Positions 38,517-44,644 of a DNA stretch of 44,644 bases are shown here, in pieces; position 1 is the stretch's first letter; each line of letters starts with the position of its first letter. The notes beneath the pieces were generated by a model, which was not told the origin of the DNA, did not search any database, and worked only from the letters and a program-made list of their open reading frames with translations. The stretch comes from an uncultured Clostridia bacterium. GTDB lineage: Bacteria > Bacillota > Clostridia > TANB77 > CAG-508. The stretch covers positions 1 to 44,644 of the forward strand of contig CALXPV010000003.1 of NCBI GenBank assembly GCA_944390295.1, given 5' to 3'. Position numbers and translations under genes: made by a program.

Positions 38517-39554
38517 ATGAGAATAGATTATAAAAAATTAAATAAAGAAGTGCGTATGGAAAAAACTAATGGTATTGTTAAGTTTTTTATGAAAAATGGA
38601 AAAAAATTTGAATTAGATAATTATGAAAGTTTAGATAATGAAGAAAGATTAGATCTTTTGGCAGAAACTGGTGAAACAATAGATCCAGGTTATAGAGTAA
38701 AGTTTAAAAAATTAGAAGATAGAAAGCCAGAAGATAATAGAATAGAATTAGAAAGTGATTTTACCTTACAGGAAGTAATGGAATCTGCAAAAGGTATACC
38801 TATAACTGAAAAGGCATTAGAAATATTTTATTCTAATCGTATAGCCCATACATGTAGAGATGCTCAAAAAAAGATGTTATCTGATTTACTTGATAATCTT
38901 AAAGATACATATAAAGACTTTAATAGTTTGGAATATGAATTTACGCCAAAAGAATTAAATCAAACAACTCAAACATTACATAGATATTTTATAGCAGAAA
39001 AAACTAAAAATATTAATGCAAAGAAAATTGCAAAAGCACAACTAGGAAGGAAGTTAATAGGAGATGAAGAGATAGAAGAATTAAGAAAAAGAGGTTTTGA
39101 TGTATTATCAAAAGGATATATTGATTGTATGTCTATAAAAGATGCAGCAATAGCTGAAAGTATAGAATTACTTAAAGATGATGAGACACAATCATTTGGA
39201 TTAAGTAGACAGAAAAACAAAAAAACAGGTAAGATAGAAGATTTTTTTGTAATAGATGTGCAAGGATATGGGCAAATGTCAGTACATATATATGATCCAG
39301 AATTAATTTCGTCATTATCAGAACATGAATATACATATCCTATTTATCAAGTGGATAATATTTTATTATTTGAAAGAACTTCTAAATACCAAGAAAGTTT
39401 TTATAGATTAGGAAATGATGAAGAAGTAGTAAAAAAATTAAAAGAAATAGGACCAAATGCAGACACACATGAAGTAGCTGTAAAAGGAATGTTAACAAAA
39501 CAACAAATGGATATAATATATGGTAAAACAAATGATGAGGAGGATGGAAGATAA
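38517..39554 (+). CDS. Hypothetical protein (345 aa)
   Basis: Long ORF with host-like codon use and AAGGTG RBS; soluble and acidic; motifs NRIAH and VIDVQGYGQMSVH. Confidence 0.8.
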   Translation: MRIDYKKLNKEVRMEKTNGIVKFFMKNGKKFELDNYESLDNEERLDLLAETGETIDPGYRVKFKKLEDRKPEDNRIELESDFTLQEVMESAKGIPITEKALEIFYSNRIAHTCRDAQKKMLSDLLDNLKDTYKDFNSLEYEFTPKELNQTTQTLHRYFIAEKTKNINAKKIAKAQLGRKLIGDEEIEELRKRGFDVLSKGYIDCMSIKDAAIAESIELLKDDETQSFGLSRQKNKKTGKIEDFFVIDVQGYGQMSVHIYDPELISSLSEHEYTYPIYQVDNILLFERTSKYQESFYRLGNDEEVVKKLKEIGPNADTHEVAVKGMLTKQQMDIIYGKTNDEEDGR

Positions 39555-39925
39555 TGAATAAAGAAATTGTAGAAAACTTAATCAAGAATGATTATCTGAA
39601 AGAGAAAATATCAATAATAGATAAGCTAATAGAAAAAGAAGATTATAAAGAAGCATATTTTAAATTAGCAGTAATTCTAGAATACTTAAATATAAAATAT
39701 ATAAAACATAAATATAATCTAGATATGCCTAACTCATCAGTTATCAATATAATAAATACATATATTGATAAGGATAATAAATTATATAAAGAAATGGTAA
39801 CTATAAATGGAGAATATAACCAAGTGGATACAAATGATATCACTATGGATGACATAGAATATTTGGCGGGTATGGTAGATTCAATATATATGTATATGTT
39901 AGAAGATTTAGGAGAATTTATATAA
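39554..39925 (+). CDS. Hypothetical helical protein (123 aa)
   Basis: TAATG overlap with the upstream gene (translational coupling). Confidence 0.75.
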   Translation: MNKEIVENLIKNDYLKEKISIIDKLIEKEDYKEAYFKLAVILEYLNIKYIKHKYNLDMPNSSVINIINTYIDKDNKLYKEMVTINGEYNQVDTNDITMDDIEYLAGMVDSIYMYMLEDLGEFI

Positions 39926-39928
39926 ATA

Positions 39929-39957
39929 TTTACAAATTATGTATACTGTTATATAAT
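39929..39957 (+). promoter_or_regulatory. Sigma-A promoter
   Basis: TTTACA-17 nt-TATAAT upstream of 39991. Confidence 0.6.
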
Positions 39958-39990
39958 AGGAGCATAAATGAAAATTAAAGGGAGAAAAAT

Positions 39991-40500
39991 ATGGATAAAT
40001 TGAAAAAGTATATTCGATGGGCTGTATTACTAATTTTATTATTTTTATTTGTATCAATAGTATCAAAATTAATAATAATTTCAATGTATAAACCAAAAGA
40101 ATGTAAGATATTATTTGAAAATCCAAAAATAGAAATATTAGATTCAAAAGCAACAAATGCAAATGGATATATATATGGTTGTATTACAAATACAACCGGA
40201 AGTGTTATAGAAAACAAATTTATAAAATTGGATTGCTATTCTAAATACGATAATAATCTAAGTTCTGGATATGCACAAATCTTTAGATTAGAGCCAAACG
40301 AAAGCCAATATTTTATTATAGAATATAGGGCAGAAGGAACAGAAAGAGTAGAAATATCTATGTCAGATACTGCACCAGATTATTTATTAAATCCAATAGA
40401 TGTAACATTAACACAAACACAAAAACTTGCATTAGTAGCAGGAAGCTTAATAGTTTTATACTATTTACCATCAGGATATTTATTTGGAATATTCCCATAA
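39991..40500 (+). CDS. Membrane protein with an FxLYD-like Ig domain
   Basis: N- and C-terminal TMs around YIYGCITNTTG...KLDCYSKYDNNL...LEPNESQYF. Confidence 0.6.
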   Translation: MDKLKKYIRWAVLLILLFLFVSIVSKLIIISMYKPKECKILFENPKIEILDSKATNANGYIYGCITNTTGSVIENKFIKLDCYSKYDNNLSSGYAQIFRLEPNESQYFIIEYRAEGTERVEISMSDTAPDYLLNPIDVTLTQTQKLALVAGSLIVLYYLPSGYLFGIFP

Positions 40501-40564
40501 TGCATATAATTTTATATAGATAAAAATAGTAATAGAAATATTTTAAAATATATAAATATTTCTG

Positions 40565-40593
40565 TTGCTATTTTATTTTGTTTGTAATATAAT
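40565..40593 (+). promoter_or_regulatory. Sigma-A promoter of mreB
   Basis: TTGCTA-17 nt-TATAAT. Confidence 0.6.
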
Positions 40594-40633
40594 TGTAACA
40601 GACTTGTAATAATGAAAGAAAAGGAGAAAGTAA

Positions 40634-41638
40634 ATGTTTGGTTTTGGACAAGATATAGGGATAGATTTAGGAACAGCAACTGTAATTGCGTATGTTAAAG
40701 GAAAAGGTATTGTTTTAAGAGAGCCTTCAGTAGTTGCTGTAGATAGAAATTCAGGAGATGTTTTAGCTGTTGGGCAAGAAGCAAGAAGAATGCTTGGTAG
40801 AACTCCTGGAAATATCATAGCTACAAGACCATTAAGAGAAGGAGTTATTTCAGACTATACAGTAACAGAAAAAATGTTAAAATATTTTATAAATAAAGTA
40901 TGTGGAAAATTTATTTTTGCACCAAGAATAATGATATGTATTCCTTCACAAGTTACAGAGGTAGAAAAAAGAGCTGTAATAGATGCAGCATCACAAGCTG
41001 GAGCTAGAAAAGTATATTTAATAGAAGAACCAATAGCAGCAGCGATAGGTGCTGGTATAGATATATCAAAACCATGTGGTAATATGATAGTAGATATTGG
41101 TGGAGGAACTACAGATGTAGCAGTAATATCACTTGGTGGTTCTGTAGTAAGCACATCACTAAAAGTTGCAGGAGATAAATTGGATGAAGCAATTGTAAAA
41201 TATATAAAAAGAAAACATAATATAATGATAGGTGAAAGAACTGCAGAAGACTTAAAAATTAATATAGGATGTGTATATCCAAAAATACAAGATATGGAAA
41301 TGGATATAAGAGGAAGAGATTTAGCAACAGGTCTTCCAAAAACAGTAACTATATATTCAAGTGAAATGCTAGAAGCACTTATAGAACCAGCAATGATGAT
41401 AGTAGATGCTGTTCACTCTGTATTAGAAAAAACACCACCAGAACTTGCATCAGATATCAGTGATAGAGGTATATATATGACAGGTGGAGGATGCCTAGTA
41501 GATGGATTAGATAAATTATTACAAGAAAAAACTGGTATAAATGTTATGATAGCAGAAGATGCAGTTTCTTGTGTAGCATTAGGAACAGGAAAAGCATTAG
41601 ATAATCTAGACGCATTAGATGGAAAAACAAAAAAATAA
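40634..41638 (+). CDS. mreB: Rod shape-determining protein MreB/Mbl (stand-alone paralogue, no mreC follows)
   Basis: GIDLGTA, EPSVVA, RPL..GVI, EEPIAAAIGAG, DIGGGTT, TGGG. Confidence 0.93.
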   Translation: MFGFGQDIGIDLGTATVIAYVKGKGIVLREPSVVAVDRNSGDVLAVGQEARRMLGRTPGNIIATRPLREGVISDYTVTEKMLKYFINKVCGKFIFAPRIMICIPSQVTEVEKRAVIDAASQAGARKVYLIEEPIAAAIGAGIDISKPCGNMIVDIGGGTTDVAVISLGGSVVSTSLKVAGDKLDEAIVKYIKRKHNIMIGERTAEDLKINIGCVYPKIQDMEMDIRGRDLATGLPKTVTIYSSEMLEALIEPAMMIVDAVHSVLEKTPPELASDISDRGIYMTGGGCLVDGLDKLLQEKTGINVMIAEDAVSCVALGTGKALDNLDALDGKTKK

Positions 41639-41685
41639 ATTTGTATATTTAAAATGAAGAATAGCCCTCTTCGTTTATATATATG

Positions 41686-41723
41686 GCACTTTGTTTATAC
41701 AAAGTGCTTTTAACTTTTTTTTT
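41686..41723 (+). terminator. Intrinsic terminator after mreB
   Basis: GCACTTTGT-TTAT-ACAAAGTGC followed by TTTTAACTTTTTTTT. Confidence 0.75.
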
Positions 41724-41770
41724 AGTAAAATCATATAATATTTATTATAAGACTTCATAAGGAGGAAAAG

Positions 41771-42121
41771 ATGCAAGAAGTTATTTTAAATGCTATAATT
41801 TGGACATTAGCTCTTTACGGACTTATAGAAATAGCTAAAACAATAAGATATTGTTTTGCACATACAAAATACAAGCAAAATGGAATATATGTAATAATAG
41901 CAGCAAAAAATCAAGAAGAACAAATAGAATGTTTTTTAAGAAATACTGTATGTAAAGTATTATATGATAAAGAGGAGTTAGAAAAAGGGATAATAGTAGT
42001 AGATTTAGATTCTACAGATAATACATATGAAATAATTTCGAAATTTGCAAAAGATTATAATTTTATAAAAGTTTCAAATTGGGAAGAGTGTAAGGAACTT
42101 ATAGATGAAATTTCAAAATAA
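41771..42121 (+). CDS. Small membrane-anchored protein with a partial GT2-like N-terminal fold
   Basis: N-terminal TM; VIIAAKNQEEQIE and IIVVDLDSTDNT resemble the first GT2 motifs; AGGAGG RBS. Confidence 0.65.
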   Translation: MQEVILNAIIWTLALYGLIEIAKTIRYCFAHTKYKQNGIYVIIAAKNQEEQIECFLRNTVCKVLYDKEELEKGIIVVDLDSTDNTYEIISKFAKDYNFIKVSNWEECKELIDEISK

Positions 42122-42122
42122 A

Positions 42123-42151
42123 TTGCCGTTAATAAATTGATATGATAAAAT
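42123..42151 (+). promoter_or_regulatory. Putative sigma-A promoter of recD2
   Basis: TTGCCG-17 nt-TAAAAT with extended -10 TG. Confidence 0.5.
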
Positions 42152-42181
42152 AATTCTATGCTATAGAAAAGAGGTAAAAAA

Positions 42182-44404
42182 TTGGAATTAGAGGGACAAT
42201 TAACAGAAATAATATATCAAAATGAAGCAAATAGTTATTTAATTGGAATATTAGAAAATGAAGAAGATACTATAACAGTAGTAGGATATATGCCTTTTGT
42301 GGTAGAAGGAGATTATATAAAAGTAATAGGAAATTTTGTTGTACATAGAGAATACGGAAAACAATTTAAAGTAGAAACTTTCGAAAAGGTAATGCCAAAA
42401 ACGCTAGAATCTTTAGAAAGATATTTGGCAAATGGAACTATAAAAGGAATAGGACCTGCAACTGCTAAAAAGATAGTAAAAACCTTTGGTGAAGATACAA
42501 TTCATGTATTTAAATTTGAGCCAGAAAAATTAACTGTAATAAAAGGAATATCAAAAGAAAAAGCAAAAGAAATGGCAGAAAGTTTTGTAGAAAACTGGGA
42601 TCTATGGCAAATAGTAGGCTATTTAGAAAACTTTGGAATAGGACCAGCTAATGCTAAAAATGTATATAAAAAATTAGGTTCACAAACAATAGATGAAATA
42701 GAAGAAAATCCGTATATATTAATAGATTTAGTAAAAGGTGTAGATTTTACTAAGATAGATGATTATGCACTAAAAAATGGGTTTGATATTAACAATTATA
42801 AAAGAATTAAATGTGGAATTAAGTATAGTTTAATTAAAATTACATATAATGGTCATTGTTGTACTTTAGAAAATAATTTAATTAAATATGTAAAAGACTT
42901 ACTAAAAGCAGATGAAGATGATATAGAACATTGCTTAATTGATTTAAGTGTAAAAGATGAAATCGTAATAGAAAAAAGAGAAGATGAAAATTGGGTTTAT
43001 GACAAAGAAATGTATGATGCAGAAGCAAATATTGCAAGTAAATTAATATTGTTAGATTCTGCAAAAAACATAAAACATATACCACATTTTGATGATGAAT
43101 TAAAGAAAATAGAAAAAAGTAGTAATATTAGTTTATCTAAAAAACAAAAAGAAGCGATAAAGTCTATTAATACTAATAATGTAGTAATAATAACAGGTGG
43201 TCCGGGAACAGGAAAGACAACAATTATAAAAAATGTTATAGATATTTATAAATCATATGGTAAAAAAGTAGTACTTTGTGCACCAACAGGACGAGCTGCT
43301 AAAAGAATGACAGAACTTACAGGAGAAGAGGCTAAAACACTACATAGGCTATTAGAAATAGGAAAAATAGAAAAAGATAATGAATTTACAATTATGAATT
43401 ATGAAGTTGCACCAATAGATGCAGATGTAATAATTGTAGATGAAGCATCAATGGTAGATATTTATTTAATGAATTACTTACTAAATGGAATATATCAAGG
43501 AACAAAATTAATTTTAGTAGGAGATACAGACCAATTACCTTCAGTAGGTCCAGGAAGTGTTTTGAAAGATATAATAAATTCTGAAAAGATTAAGACAATA
43601 TTTTTAGACGAAATATTTAGACAAGCAGCAGAAAGCAAAATAATAGTTAATTCACATAGAGTAAATGAAGGAGAATATTTTTTAACCAAAGAAGAGGAAG
43701 AAGGATTAAAGGATGATTTCTTCTATATAAAAGAAAAAAGCCAAGAAATAATGCTAGAACAAATAGTTTCTTTAAGTAAAGGTAGATTAAAAAATTTTGG
43801 GAATTACGATTTTTTCGAAAATATACAAATTCTTTCTCCAACTAAAAAAGGAATGTTAGGAACTAAAGAATTAAATAAAAAACTTCAAGAAGAATTGAAT
43901 CCAGAAGATGACATAAAAAAAGAGAAAAAGATTGGAGAAGTTATTTTTAGAGAAGGCGACAGAGTTATGCAAGTAAAAAACAACTATGACATCTATTGGG
44001 AGAAAGGTAACTCTTTAAGCTTAAAATATGAAAATGGAACAGGAATTTTTAATGGGGAACTTGGTAGAATTGAAAAAATTGATTTTATAAATAAACAAAT
44101 AAAAATATTATTTGATGATGAAAAAGAAGCTTGGTATGAATTTACTGATATGGATCAAATAGAGCATGCATATGCAATAACAATACATAAAGCACAAGGT
44201 AGTGAATTTGATGTTGTAATAATGGTTGCAAGTGGTTCTTCTTCAATGCTTCTTACAAGGAATTTATTATACACAGGTTTAACAAGAGCAAAAAAATTAT
44301 TAATATTAATAGGAAATGATAATGTAGTAAAATTTATGATAAAAAATGCGGATACCAAAATAAGAAATACAGGGTTAGAATATAAATTAAAAATGATTTC
44401 ATAA
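42182..44404 (+). CDS. recD2: ATP-dependent RecD-like DNA helicase RecD2
   Basis: N-term OB/HhH (KGIGPATA), TGGPGTGKT, APTGRAA, VDEASM, GDTDQL, RQA, AYAITIHKAQGSEF, RNLLYTGLTRA; TTG start. Confidence 0.95.
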   Translation: MELEGQLTEIIYQNEANSYLIGILENEEDTITVVGYMPFVVEGDYIKVIGNFVVHREYGKQFKVETFEKVMPKTLESLERYLANGTIKGIGPATAKKIVKTFGEDTIHVFKFEPEKLTVIKGISKEKAKEMAESFVENWDLWQIVGYLENFGIGPANAKNVYKKLGSQTIDEIEENPYILIDLVKGVDFTKIDDYALKNGFDINNYKRIKCGIKYSLIKITYNGHCCTLENNLIKYVKDLLKADEDDIEHCLIDLSVKDEIVIEKREDENWVYDKEMYDAEANIASKLILLDSAKNIKHIPHFDDELKKIEKSSNISLSKKQKEAIKSINTNNVVIITGGPGTGKTTIIKNVIDIYKSYGKKVVLCAPTGRAAKRMTELTGEEAKTLHRLLEIGKIEKDNEFTIMNYEVAPIDADVIIVDEASMVDIYLMNYLLNGIYQGTKLILVGDTDQLPSVGPGSVLKDIINSEKIKTIFLDEIFRQAAESKIIVNSHRVNEGEYFLTKEEEEGLKDDFFYIKEKSQEIMLEQIVSLSKGRLKNFGNYDFFENIQILSPTKKGMLGTKELNKKLQEELNPEDDIKKEKKIGEVIFREGDRVMQVKNNYDIYWEKGNSLSLKYENGTGIFNGELGRIEKIDFINKQIKILFDDEKEAWYEFTDMDQIEHAYAITIHKAQGSEFDVVIMVASGSSSMLLTRNLLYTGLTRAKKLLILIGNDNVVKFMIKNADTKIRNTGLEYKLKMIS

Positions 44405-44554
44405 TTTTTATTGTATAGGAAAGTTATACTTTCCTATACAATAAAAATAGCATTTCACACAAAATTGCAAAGCAATTTTGGCGAGCGAACAAAGACGCGG
44501 GCGATGAAAAATTTAAAAATAGCAGAGAGTTAAAAGAGCCCGCTTTTGTTCTAT
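44405..44554. repeat. Structured intergenic element, copy 2
   Basis: 20-bp stem 44405-44447, linker TAGCATTTCACA, 9-bp stem 44460-44480, GCG, stem GAACAAAG-ac-GCGGGC / GCCCGC-TTTTGTTC, then TAT. Confidence 0.8.
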
Positions 44555-44644
44555 GGGGGCACTTTTAAGACTAACTATATGAAGTCAATAGGAAAATGAA
44601 ATTTTATTAAAATTTTTAAATAGTTAATTGTACATTGAAAATTG

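Noticed and set aside
293-44358. The many 60-157 aa ORFs antisense to long genes in the ORF track
   Set aside because: They are shadows of well-supported genes, lack RBSs and have the low-complexity Phe/Ser/Ile/Leu composition expected from reverse-complemented AT-rich codons.
37957-44554. Composite transposon or island bounded by the two structured elements
   Set aside because: The interval contains core genes (mreB, recD2), the copies are too diverged to be recent termini, and no transposase or target duplication is visible.

Overview
A very AT-rich chromosomal window from a spore-forming, probably genome-reduced clostridial Firmicute (inferred from spoIIP, a Spo0A box, teichoic-acid genes and codon style). 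Layout: (i) 1-7877, an accessory strip between the 3' end of an RdgB/HAM1 pyrophosphatase and asnB. It holds mostly self-contained cassettes: XRE-CYTH fusion, MFS, HAD, flavodoxin-like protein, a stand-alone dxr, a DUF1385-like membrane protein, two small unannotated ORFs and dinD. (ii) 7878-23841, housekeeping and sporulation genes: asnB, GT4, YlbF, Zn-peptidase, recJ, rel, MBL hydrolase, hisS, spoIIP, YfhO, pyk. (iii) 23995-37895, a wall teichoic acid-like locus. (iv) 38241-44404, three hypothetical genes, an FxLYD-like protein, mreB/mbl, a short GT2-like protein and recD2. Two non-coding signals stand out. The first is a 150-175 nt three-stem element present twice (37957-38130, 44405-44554) with compensatory changes in every stem. 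The second is an integrase-less ~1.5 kb dinD cassette bounded by two related units of GAGGT..ACCTC palindrome plus asnB 3' end, with a LexA-box-like promoter and a palindrome inside dinD itself. No rRNA, tRNA, CRISPR array, transposase or integrase was seen. Family assignments come from recalled motifs, not database searches.
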